Source: an uncultured delta proteobacterium
GTDB taxonomy: Bacteria; Myxococcota_A; Polyangia; Polyangiales; JADJMO01
DNA length: 19,763 nucleotides
Reading direction: 5' to 3'
NCBI GenBank assembly: GCA_903923175.1
Contig: CAIXWQ010000706.1
Span: 1 to 19,763, forward strand
This document shows, piece after piece, positions 1-7,490 of this stretch. The notes beneath the pieces are model-generated. The model saw only the letters and a program-made list of their open reading frames with translations, ran no database searches and was not told the origin of the DNA. The first letter of the stretch is position 1. Each line of letters opens with the position of its first letter. The translations under genes were made by a program, and so were the position numbers.

Positions 1-1
1 G

Positions 2-82
2 GCGACGACGACGCGCGAGCTCGCGGCCAAGCGCGACGCGCTCGTCGTCGAGGCGACGGCCGTGCTCTGGATCGCGAGCTGA
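2..82 (+). CDS. 3' end of an upstream gene, 5'-truncated by the window edge; product unknown
   Basis: Frame 2 is open from the window start to TGA at 80-82. Its codon position 3 is almost 100 % G/C while the other frames are mixed, which is the coding signature seen in all convincing genes here. Only 26 codons are visible (…TTTRELAAKRDALVVEATAVLWIAS*), so no product call is possible. Confidence 0.35.
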   Translation, partial: ATTTRELAAKRDALVVEATAVLWIAS

Positions 83-83
83 T

Positions 84-114
84 CGCGCGGCGCGCGCGCC
101 GACGCGCGCCGCGC
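84..114 (+). terminator. Putative factor-independent terminator hairpin after the upstream gene fragment
   Basis: Perfect 12-bp G/C stem (84-95 gcgcggcgcgcg pairs with 103-114 cgcgcgccgcgc) with a 7-nt loop, beginning 2 nt after the stop codon. There is no U-tract, which is common in high-GC genomes. Confidence 0.35.
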
Positions 115-167
115 CGCGTCGCAGAGAACTTGGCCCGCTCCCACCCGCGCCCGCAGGGTGCCCCCGC

Positions 168-1256
168 ATGCGACGCTGGCGCGTTCCGCTCTCGCTCGCG
201 CTCGTCCTCGGCGCGATCAAGGCGTGCGATCGCGGCGCCTCGGACAAGACGGCCCCTCCGCCCGCGTCGGCCGACCGCCCCGCGGCCGCGGACGCGAAGC
301 CCGTCGCGTGCGGCACCGGCGCCAAGCTGGTGGTTCGCTTCTACGACGTCGGGCAGGGGCTCGCGGCGATGCTCGATCTCCCCGATGGCCGGCATGTGCT
401 GGTCGACGCCGGCGACGTCGCGACGCGCTCCGGGTGCGGCGACGTCTGCGAGCGCGCGCATTCGCACCTGCTCCAGCGCCTCACGGCCGATCTCCACGGC
501 TCGCCGCTCGATCTCCTCTGGATCACCCACCAGCACTCCGATCACATGGGCGGCGCGTCCGACGTGCTCGCGCGCTTCGACGTCGGGCTGCTCGTCGACA
601 ACGGCCGCGACGACGACAAGCAGGAGATCGTCCGCCTCCACGACGCCGCCCGCGGCCGCGGCGTGCGCATGCGGGTCGTGAACCCCTCGAACCACGACGC
701 GCCGCTCGCCTCCTCGCTCCCGGGCGTCGGCCAGAGCGCCGGCGAGGGGACGGTGCGCCTCAAGGCCGTGGTGCCGAAGGTCTGGCCCCCCTCGTGCAGC
801 CACGACGCGAACGACTGCTCGATCGGCCTGCGCGTCGACTACTGCGGAAGCTCGGTGCTGTTCACCGGCGACGCCGAGGCCGACGAGGAGCACGCCTTCG
901 CCGAGGGGCCGATCACGCTGCTGCAGGTCGGCCACCACGGCAGCGACACGTCCACGAGCCTCGGCTTCCTCGACAAGGCGCGCCCGAAGTACGCGGTCAT
1001 CTCCGCCGGGCACCCGGGCGAGGGATTGAACGCGACCTACTGCCACCCGCGCAGCGTGACCGTCGAGCGGCTCACCGAGCGCCTCGGCGGCCCGGGCGAG
1101 AAGACGATCCGCGCGTTCGACGGCAAGACGAGCTGCAAGAAGGCGAGGCCCGAGCACTGGCACGACGTCGCCGCCAGCGACCGCCTGTGGGCCACCGAGC
1201 GTGACGGAGACGTCGTCCTCGCGACGACCGGCGACGGCGTGTTCGTGCGCGAGTGA
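168..1256 (+). CDS. Exported metallo-beta-lactamase-fold hydrolase of the ComEC/Rec2 C-terminal-domain type (stand-alone, with a signal/lipoprotein-like N-terminus)
   Basis: ATG at 168 is the first start in the frame. The N-terminus MRRWRVPLSLALVLGAIKAC is signal-peptide-like. ComEC-type MBL motifs are present: FYDVGQGLAAMLDLPDGRHVLVDAGD, the HxHxDH motif ITHQHSDHMGG, and a distal GHHGSDTS motif. The ORF is 362 aa with high GC3 throughout. Confidence 0.8.
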   Translation: MRRWRVPLSLALVLGAIKACDRGASDKTAPPPASADRPAAADAKPVACGTGAKLVVRFYDVGQGLAAMLDLPDGRHVLVDAGDVATRSGCGDVCERAHSHLLQRLTADLHGSPLDLLWITHQHSDHMGGASDVLARFDVGLLVDNGRDDDKQEIVRLHDAARGRGVRMRVVNPSNHDAPLASSLPGVGQSAGEGTVRLKAVVPKVWPPSCSHDANDCSIGLRVDYCGSSVLFTGDAEADEEHAFAEGPITLLQVGHHGSDTSTSLGFLDKARPKYAVISAGHPGEGLNATYCHPRSVTVERLTERLGGPGEKTIRAFDGKTSCKKARPEHWHDVAASDRLWATERDGDVVLATTGDGVFVRE

Positions 1257-1280
1257 GCCGCTCGCCAGCGCTCGGCCGGC

Positions 1281-2600
1281 TCAGCGCCCGCTGCCGGACG
1301 GCGCAGGCGGCGTGGTGATCGGGCGCGTCGCAGTCGGCGCGGGCGCTGCCGCGGCCGCGGGCGCGCTCAGCAGCCCAGTGGCCCTGGCGATGCCCGGGTT
1401 TCGCGGATCGGCGGCCACGAGCGCGTCGAGGTGGTGCCTCGCCTCGTCGTCGAAGCCGTTGTCGTGCGTGAGCACGATCAGGTTGAAGCGGGCGTCGAGC
1501 AGCTTCGGGTCGAGCCGCAGCACGCGGAGGTAGCCCTCGCGCGCCTCGCGATACCGCCCCCGCTTCTGCGCGATCAGCGCGAGGTCGTAGATCGCGCGCG
1601 TGTCGTCGGGGCGCTGCCGCAACACCGCTTCGAACTGCGCCGCCGCGCCGTCGAGATCCCCCGCGGAGAGCATCGCGAAGCCGAGCAGCAACACCGCGCG
1701 CACGCCCCGCCCGTGCTCGACGGCGCGCACGGCGAGCGCGCGCCGGGCCTCGGGCTGCGGCTCGAGCAGCGCCTTCGCGTAGAGCGCGTGCGGCTCGCCG
1801 GGATCGAGTGCGAGCGCGCGATCGGCAGCGCTGGCGGCGTCGAACGGAGCGAGCGTCGTCAACGCCTCGGCGCGCACCCCCTGCCGGAGCGCGCTCTCGC
1901 CGCAGTGCGTGAGCGCGGGGTTGATCGCCTCGAGCGCCTCGACGTTCGCCTCGCGCTCGAGCGCGCGCACCGCGAGCCCCTCCGCGCAGCGACACGACTC
2001 GGGCCGCGTCGCCGTGCAGTCTCGCAGGATCCGGTCGGCCTCGGCCGGCGCCTTCGCCTCCACGAGCTTGGCGAGCGCCAGCGCCGCTGGCTCGCTGCCG
2101 GGATCCGAGACGAGCGCGGCGCGCAGCAGCGAGGCCGGCGACGCGAGCCGGGCGCGCGCGAAGAAGAGGAGGAGCGCGCCGAGGGCGAGCGGCGCCACGA
2201 ACGCGGCCCGCCGAGCGAGCGCCGGCGCCCGCGGGACGTAGCGCGGAACCACCACGCGCGCCGTGACGGCGGCGAGGCATAGCCACACGAGCGGCGTCAG
2301 CCAGAACGCCGCGCCGAGGAGCGGGCCGCTGGTGTCTCGATACAGGACGCCCGCGATGGGCAGCGCGAGGAACGTCGCCGCCACGAGCGCGGCCGAGCTG
2401 CGATCGACGCGAGCCCATCGAGCCACGACGACCGACAGCGCAATCGCGCACGCGATCAGCGCGATCGCGAGGAGCGCCAGCGTGCCTTGGGCGGTCGGCG
2501 TTCGAACGTCCGGCGGAGCCCACGCCGGCGCCAGAGCCACGAAGAGCGCGAACAAGGCCCGGAGCGCGAGCTCTCCAAGCGTGCGAACGAGCGAGCTCAC
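1281..2600 (-). CDS. Integral membrane protein with an N-terminal polytopic domain (about 5 TM helices) and C-terminal TPR repeats
   Basis: 439-aa ORF on the minus strand. Its start is GTG at 2598-2600, the first start in the frame, with a weak SD. The N-terminal 150 aa contain five hydrophobic segments (LALRALFALFVALAPAWA, LALLAIALIACAIALSVVVA, and others). The C-terminal half has Ala/Leu/Arg-rich TPR-like helical repeats (…AIYDLALIAQKRGRYREAREGYLRVLRLDPK…). It is convergent with the MBL gene, whose stop is 25 nt away. Confidence 0.7.
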   Translation of the reverse strand: MSSLVRTLGELALRALFALFVALAPAWAPPDVRTPTAQGTLALLAIALIACAIALSVVVARWARVDRSSAALVAATFLALPIAGVLYRDTSGPLLGAAFWLTPLVWLCLAAVTARVVVPRYVPRAPALARRAAFVAPLALGALLLFFARARLASPASLLRAALVSDPGSEPAALALAKLVEAKAPAEADRILRDCTATRPESCRCAEGLAVRALEREANVEALEAINPALTHCGESALRQGVRAEALTTLAPFDAASAADRALALDPGEPHALYAKALLEPQPEARRALAVRAVEHGRGVRAVLLLGFAMLSAGDLDGAAAQFEAVLRQRPDDTRAIYDLALIAQKRGRYREAREGYLRVLRLDPKLLDARFNLIVLTHDNGFDDEARHHLDALVAADPRNPGIARATGLLSAPAAAAAPAPTATRPITTPPAPSGSGR

Positions 2601-2662
2601 GAACCGCAGGAGACGTGTGCGGAGGTGGGCTCGTCAAGGTTGACCGCGACGTGGAGCCGAGT

Positions 2663-2691
2663 TTGACACTGGAGCTTCCGTTCGTGATACC
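2663..2691 (+). promoter_or_regulatory. Candidate sigma70-type promoter for the lipoprotein/collagen-like operon
   Basis: A perfect TTGACA at 2663-2668 lies in the only locally AT-richer patch of the 2601-2714 intergenic region. A weak -10-like TGATAC/GATACC follows 16-17 nt later (2685-2691). This would place a transcription start about 15-20 nt upstream of the GGGAGG at 2699-2704. The -10 element is poor. Confidence 0.25.
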
Positions 2692-2714
2692 GCTACTCGG
2701 GAGGCGCACCAGCT

Positions 2715-3158
2715 GTGCGCGTCGGCGGAGGCGCGATGCTTCGACTGCGCAGATGCACGTTACTCGTCGCCGTATGTACGGCGATGGCGGCAGTGGGCTG
2801 CGGCGGCAGCGATTCGACCGTAGACGGCAGCGACACCGGGACCGGCGACGACGGCGGTGACGCCGGCGAGGCGGGCGATGACGCCGGCGAGGCGGGCAAT
2901 GACGCCGGCGACGACACCCTGACCGACTCGGGCGGTGGCGGTGACGCCGCCGACGCTCCGGGCGACGGCGGGCTCGACGCCGCGCCCGTCGTCAACGGTC
3001 TGCCGGGCCTGGCGCTCAGCGCCGGCGGCACCGTCTGCAAGAGCACCAACTACAAGATGATCGTGACGCTCGGCCAGAGCCCAGGCGGCAACGGCACGGG
3101 CAAGTCGACCAACTACCAACTTCGCGGCGGCGTCATCGGCGCCTCGCAGGCACCGTGA
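2715..3158 (+). CDS. Small secreted acidic Gly/Asp-rich lipoprotein with an in-frame tandem repeat
   Basis: GTG at 2715 sits 10 nt after GGGAGG (2699-2704). An alternative ATG at 2736 sits after GGAGG (2727-2731). The signal peptide with lipobox-like motif is [22 protein letters not shown]|GG. The body is D/G/A-rich (DAGEAGD repeats). The C-terminus carries a duplicated GKSTNY(K/Q) motif. The stop is 14 nt before the next gene's start. Confidence 0.7.
   Translation: MRVGGGAMLRLRRCTLLVAVCTAMAAVGCGGSDSTVDGSDTGTGDDGGDAGEAGDDAGEAGNDAGDDTLTDSGGGGDAADAPGDGGLDAAPVVNGLPGLALSAGGTVCKSTNYKMIVTLGQSPGGNGTGKSTNYQLRGGVIGASQAP
2859..2913 (+). repeat. In-frame 21-nt tandem repeat (2.6 copies) encoding DAGEAGD / DAGEAGN / DAGD
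   Basis: gacgccggcgaggcgggcgat (2859-2879) is followed by gacgccggcgaggcgggcaat (2880-2900) and a partial third copy (2901-2913), read directly from the sequence. Confidence 0.8.
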
Positions 3159-3172
3159 GGGAGGCCGTGACC

Positions 3173-4519
3173 ATGAGCCGAAAGTTCCGAGCGTCGGGTG
3201 TTGCAGTCGCGGCGATCCTCGCGGGCGTCGCCTACGCAGCCGTCGCGGGCGCCGTCCCGAAGGTACTCAACGAGCAGGGCCGCCTGCTCGACGCCACCGA
3301 CAAGCCCGTCACGGGCAGCGTCTCGCTGGTCTTCACGCTGTACGACGCGCCGACCGGCGGCGCGACGCTGTGGACCGAGATGCAGACGGTCACGCTCGAC
3401 AGCGGCTACTTCTCCGCGCGCCTCGGCGAGACGACCCCGATCCCGGCCACCGCGTTCGACGGCAGCACGCGCTACCTCGGCGTGAAGGTGAACGCCGATC
3501 CGGAGATGTCGCCGCGCCAGGAGGTGTCGAGCGTCCCCTATGCGCTCGTGGCCGACAACGCGACCGGCGACATCTCGCCGCACTCGATCATCGTCAACGG
3601 CACGACCATCGTCGACTCGACCGGCAAGTGGGTCGGCGCGGTGGCGGGGCTGCAGGGCGCGACGGGGCCCGCGGGCGCAGCGGGCGCAACCGGCGCAGCG
3701 GGCGCGACGGGGCCTGCCGGTCCGCAGGGCGCGGCGGGGGCGACGGGCGTAGCCGGGCCGACGGGGCCGTCCGGGGTCGCTGGAGCGACGGGCGTGGCCG
3801 GGCCGACGGGGCCGACCGGACCGATCGGGGCGACGGGCGCAGCGGGACCGACGGGGCCGACCGGACCGATCGGCGCGACGGGTGCGGTGGGCGCGACGGG
3901 GTCGATCGGCCCCATGGGACCGATGGGCCCCACGGGCCTACAAGGCGTGGCCGGCCCGACCGGCCCCACGGGTCCGATCGGTCCGACGGGGCCGACCGGC
4001 GCGACGGGCGCCACCGGCCCTCGCGGACCGGGCGCGGGCACTTTCTACAAGAGCATCTCGTCGCTGACCTGCGTCCCCATGAACGGCGCGACGGGTAACA
4101 CGAACAACTGTTCGGGCGGCGGCACGACCCGCACGGACGGCACGAGCGTGTTCCCGTGCATGCTGCAATCCACCAGCACGCTCAACACCTATATGTGTGA
4201 TGTCGGCCTCCCGAGTGGCGCGGTCATCACCGAGGTCGTCGCCTACGGCATGGACTCCGACGCGGCTGGGTACTTCGAGGCGGCGATCTGGAGGACTGGC
4301 AACACCACCTTCGGGCCGACGTTCCTGAGCAGCAGCTTCGGCGGCACGTGGCAGAGCTCGGGAGTCGCGTTCACTGGCGGCACGACGTCCTTCCCGATCT
4401 TCCAGACCACCGACACGCCGCACACGGTGGTGAGCGACTCCCGCTACACGATCGGTACGGCGCTCAAGGGCTCGGGCGTGGGCTCCTTCGGCTTCCGCAT
4501 CGCGTACAACATCCCGTAG
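3173..4519 (+). CDS. Secreted collagen-like triple-helix repeat protein: N-terminal beta-rich domain, 43 G-X-Y triplets, and a C-terminal Cys-containing globular domain
   Basis: ATG at 3173 is preceded by GGGAGG (3158-3163). A GTG at 3155 is also in frame. The signal peptide is [27 protein letters not shown]. An uninterrupted (G-X-Y)43 tract spans 3647-4033 ([16 protein letters not shown]…GPRGPG), rich in GPT/GAT/GPI triplets. The C-terminal domain of about 160 aa has 5 Cys and is Thr/Ser/Gly-rich. The stop is TAG at 4517-4519. Confidence 0.85.
   Translation: MSRKFRASGVAVAAILAGVAYAAVAGAVPKVLNEQGRLLDATDKPVTGSVSLVFTLYDAPTGGATLWTEMQTVTLDSGYFSARLGETTPIPATAFDGSTRYLGVKVNADPEMSPRQEVSSVPYALVADNATGDISPHSIIVNGTTIVDSTGKWVGAVAGLQGATGPAGAAGATGAAGATGPAGPQGAAGATGVAGPTGPSGVAGATGVAGPTGPTGPIGATGAAGPTGPTGPIGATGAVGATGSIGPMGPMGPTGLQGVAGPTGPTGPIGPTGPTGATGATGPRGPGAGTFYKSISSLTCVPMNGATGNTNNCSGGGTTRTDGTSVFPCMLQSTSTLNTYMCDVGLPSGAVITEVVAYGMDSDAAGYFEAAIWRTGNTTFGPTFLSSSFGGTWQSSGVAFTGGTTSFPIFQTTDTPHTVVSDSRYTIGTALKGSGVGSFGFRIAYNIP
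3647..4033 (+). repeat. Collagen-like G-X-Y coding repeat tract (43 triplets) containing a 45-nt internal tandem duplication
   Basis: Every third codon is GGN across 129 codons. The unit [14 protein letters not shown](A/V) is duplicated at 3800-3844 and 3845-3889 with about 40/45 nt identity. Confidence 0.85.
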
Positions 4520-4526
4520 CGCCGAG

Positions 4527-5042
4527 TCACCGCGGCGGGGGAACGAGGACGTCGAGCTTCACGACCTCCCCGTTCGCCCGCTTCGCGCTCACCGTGACCG
4601 TCTTCCCGGTGAGCGCGGGATCGCTGTTCATGACGATGAGGCCACCCTTGCCGTTCGGCATGACGGTGAGCGCCGGGTTGGTCACTTCGTAGCCCACGTA
4701 GTCGGGCGCGCTCGAGGACGCGGGCGCGCCCGTCGTTGCGACCGGAGCCACGGCAGCCCCCGCGGAGCCCGTCGACACCGCCGCCGGCGCGCGCAGGCGC
4801 AGCTCGGCAACCTCGGCGCGCAACGGCGCGATCTCGCGGCGGAGGTCGTCCTGCGCGCGCACGAGCTCCGCGCGCTCCGAGGCCCACGACGCGCTGCCTG
4901 GGGGCGCATTCGGGCGGAGCGCCGCGTAGATCGACACGATCAGCGCGAGGGCGGACACGACGAGCGGGGCGAAGCGAGCGCGATCGGTGGGAGCGGCCAA
5001 GGGCCCACCATACCGCACGCCGCCGAGTCGCCGAAAAGGCAC
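4527..5042 (-). CDS. Hypothetical single-pass membrane protein with a coiled-coil segment and a small C-terminal beta-domain
   Basis: The start is GTG at 5040-5042, or GTG at 5016-5018; neither has a clear SD. A TM helix (FAPLVVSALALIVSIYAAL) is followed by a coiled coil (ERAELVRAQDDLRREIAPLRAEVAELRL), an Ala/Ser/Thr linker, and a conserved-looking C-terminal domain (YVGYEVTNPALTVMPNGKGGLIVMNSDPALTGKTVTVSAKR). The opposite-strand alternative here is an Arg/Pro-rich low-complexity frame, which favours this ORF. Confidence 0.45.
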   Translation of the reverse strand: MPFRRLGGVRYGGPLAAPTDRARFAPLVVSALALIVSIYAALRPNAPPGSASWASERAELVRAQDDLRREIAPLRAEVAELRLRAPAAVSTGSAGAAVAPVATTGAPASSSAPDYVGYEVTNPALTVMPNGKGGLIVMNSDPALTGKTVTVSAKRANGEVVKLDVLVPPPR

Positions 5043-5101
5043 GTCGCGAGGGCGCCGCGCCGCGCTTGACCGCGCCGAGCGGGGCCGGCGACGCTGCGTG
5101 C

Positions 5102-7318
5102 GTGGCGCAAGGCGGGCCTCTCGCGCGAACGCTGGCGCTCTCGGCCGCGGTCGCCGTCTCGTGCGCCTCGTGCGCCTTCGGCTGTACCGCCGCGAGTCCT
5201 CCCGCCGCGCCCAGCTGCGCGGTCGACGAGCCCCTCGCCGCCGATGGCAGCTGCATTGCGCCGGGCGTCCCGCCTTCGCTGTGCGGCGACGGGTTCACGT
5301 CCGACGGCGCCGGCGGGTGCGCGCCGGTGCTCCTCGCCGAGCCGTGCGCCGCGGGGACGATGGCGGTCCCCGGCGAAGGCGCGTGCCACGCCGTCGGCGC
5401 GGTCGAGCCGCCCACGTGCCCGCGCGGAGCGCTCGCGAGCGTGGGCGAGTCGGCCTGTCACGAGGTCGCGCCGTGCGGCGCGGCGCCGTGGGGCACCATC
5501 CCGGTCGACGCCACCACGGTCTACGTCGACGCCGCCTACGGGGCGACCGACGGTGACGGCAGCGCGGCCAAGCCGTTTCGCACGATCGCCGAGGGGCTCG
5601 CGCGAGCGCCGTCGGGCGGCATCCTCGCCATCGCGGCCGGGCGGTACGTCGAGAGCGTCGCCCTTCAGGCGAAGCCGGTGAAGCTCTGGGGGCGCTGCCC
5701 GTCGATGGTCTCCGTCGAGGCGTCCGGCGCCGCGCCTGCGCTGGTGGTGCGCGGCGCGGCCTCGGCGGGCGCGGAGGCCCACCAGCTCGCGTTCAGCGGC
5801 CCTGGGCGCGGCGTCGCGGTCTCCCAGACCAGCGGCGTCGTGCTCGACCGCGTCTGGATCCACGACACCGGATCCGAGGGGCTCACCACCGGCGGCGAGG
5901 TGCTGCTCCGCGCGTCGCTCGTCGAGCGGACCGTCGGCGCGGGCGTGCACGTATCGGGCTCCGCGGTGACGATCGACGAAAGCGTCCTGCGTGACGTCCA
6001 GCCGGACGCGGCCGACGACTACGGTCACGGCGCGCTCGTCGACCAGGCCGGCTCGCTCGTCGTGACGGCGTCCGTGATCGAGCGCGACGTCGACGCCCTC
6101 GTCTCGGCGGAGGCGAGCGACGTGCTGGTGGACGGGAGCGTGCTGCGCGACGGGCTCGCGCACGCGGACGGCCGGCTCGGCGACGGGATCTCCGCCGTAT
6201 CGCTCGGCGGGCGCGCGTCGCACGTCACGCTGCGCGGCTCGACGCTCGCGCGCACGCGCCACGCCGGGATCTTCGCGATCGCGAGCGAGGTCGCCGTCGA
6301 GGGCTCGTTCGTGCACTCCACCCGGGGGACCGCGGACCAGCAGACCTACGGCGCGGGGCTCTTCGTCGTCGACGATCCGATCGCCGGCACACCCTCGCTG
6401 GCGAAGGTGAAGGGCTCGCTCGTGTCGGACAACCACTACGCCGGCATCGCCTGCGTCGGCAGCGTGCTCGACGTCGAGGGCTCGGTGGTGCGCGACGACC
6501 TCGCGCAGGAAATCGACGGAAGCTACGGCGTCGGGATCTACGCGCAGCAGGACGACGGCGTCTCGCCGCCCGCGCGCCCCGACGTGACCGTGCGCGGCTC
6601 GCTGCTCGAGCGCAACCAGGTGGCCGAGCTCGTGCTGCTGGCCGGCGACGGCGTCGTCGAGGCGTCGGTGCTGCGCGACACGCTCGCCGAGCAGCAGGGC
6701 GGGCTCGGCGAGGGGATCCTCGTCGGCGCCCAGGGAGCCCCCTCGACCCTCGCCGTTCGCGCGTGCGTGCTCAGCGGCAACCGCGCGGCGGCGATCGACG
6801 CCTACGCGGCCACGCTCGAGGTGACGGCGACCGTCGTGCGCGCGACGCTGCCGCGCGCCTCCGATCGGCTCTACGGCTACGGCATCTACGCGCAGGCCTC
6901 GCAGCTCACGCTCGGGGCGTCGCTCCTCGACGCGAACCACGCCGCGGGCGTGTTCCTGGACGGCGGCAGCGCGACCCTCGAGTCGACGGCGATCCGCGGC
7001 ACGCTCGGCAGCGACGTCGACGGCACGTTCGGCGACGGCCTCGCCGCGACCGGCGGCGCGACGGCGACCATCCGCCGCTCGCGCGTCGAGCGAAACGCGC
7101 GCGCCGGCATCTCGGCCTTCTCGTCGACGGTGACCCTCGACGGCGATGGCCTCGCCTGCAACGCCTTCGCGCTCGACGGCGAGGCGATCGGCGGCGCGCC
7201 CTACGCCTTCGAAGTCGCCTCTCCGTGCAGCTGCGCGTGCGGGAGCGAGGCCGCTCCGTGCCAGGTCTTGAGCAGCATGCTCACGCCCCCCACGCCGCTC
7301 CCGCCGCGGACGCACTGA
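5102..7318 (+). CDS. Large secreted right-handed parallel beta-helix repeat protein (pectate-lyase-like fold, DUF1565-type N-cap) with an N-terminal Cys-rich repeat region
   Basis: The most likely start is GTG at 5102. It gives the signal peptide M-AQGGPLARTLALSAAVAVSCASCAFGC. An in-frame TTG at 5066 is also possible. The region 5156-5495 has 13 Cys in evenly spaced C-x(9-12)-C modules (…SCAVDEPLAADGSCIAPGVPPSLCGDGFTSDGAGGCAPVLLAEPCAAG…). The beta-helix cap is DGDGSAAKPFRTIAEGLARAPSGGILAIAAGRYVE. More than 10 coils with a recurring GS(V/L)(L/V)RDxLA motif follow, and the C-terminus contains CSCACGSEAAPC. The long antisense ORF here is low-complexity. Confidence 0.8.
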   Translation: MAQGGPLARTLALSAAVAVSCASCAFGCTAASPPAAPSCAVDEPLAADGSCIAPGVPPSLCGDGFTSDGAGGCAPVLLAEPCAAGTMAVPGEGACHAVGAVEPPTCPRGALASVGESACHEVAPCGAAPWGTIPVDATTVYVDAAYGATDGDGSAAKPFRTIAEGLARAPSGGILAIAAGRYVESVALQAKPVKLWGRCPSMVSVEASGAAPALVVRGAASAGAEAHQLAFSGPGRGVAVSQTSGVVLDRVWIHDTGSEGLTTGGEVLLRASLVERTVGAGVHVSGSAVTIDESVLRDVQPDAADDYGHGALVDQAGSLVVTASVIERDVDALVSAEASDVLVDGSVLRDGLAHADGRLGDGISAVSLGGRASHVTLRGSTLARTRHAGIFAIASEVAVEGSFVHSTRGTADQQTYGAGLFVVDDPIAGTPSLAKVKGSLVSDNHYAGIACVGSVLDVEGSVVRDDLAQEIDGSYGVGIYAQQDDGVSPPARPDVTVRGSLLERNQVAELVLLAGDGVVEASVLRDTLAEQQGGLGEGILVGAQGAPSTLAVRACVLSGNRAAAIDAYAATLEVTATVVRATLPRASDRLYGYGIYAQASQLTLGASLLDANHAAGVFLDGGSATLESTAIRGTLGSDVDGTFGDGLAATGGATATIRRSRVERNARAGISAFSSTVTLDGDGLACNAFALDGEAIGGAPYAFEVASPCSCACGSEAAPCQVLSSMLTPPTPLPPRTH

Positions 7319-7490
7319 GCTGCGTCGCGCGGAGGCCGTTGGACCTCCCGCCGCCGCACCCGTTGCGCGACTGCGGCCTCCGTGCACGCTCGCCCCGCTC
7401 GCACCGAGCCGCCGAGCGCCGTGCTGCCGTCGCCGGCTGGCCCGCCGCGCGTGTCGCCCTCGTGGCTCGCAGCATGCAGCGATCTCGCGC

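Noticed and set aside
1148-1166. TGGCAC (sigma54 -24-like) hexamer at about 1155 and another at about 12620
   Set aside because: Both lie inside coding sequence and lack the downstream TTGC(A/T) -12 element at the correct spacing.
130-1204. Alternative frames 130..681 and 158..1204 overlapping the MBL-fold gene
   Set aside because: Only the 168..1256 frame contains the HxHxDH and FYDVGQG MBL motifs and an N-terminal signal peptide. The others are Arg/Pro-rich.
1254-1283. Symmetric TGAGCCG…CGGCTCA arms containing the two convergent stop codons (MBL gene and TPR gene)
   Set aside because: It has only a 7-bp stem with a 16-nt imperfect loop. It is most simply explained by the two facing stop codons plus chance, and is not a convincing terminator.
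3538-4041. 167-aa minus-strand ORF with GPVGP repeats
   Set aside because: It is the reverse-complement reading of the collagen-like G-X-Y tract. The periodicity is inherited from the sense strand, and it has no start context.
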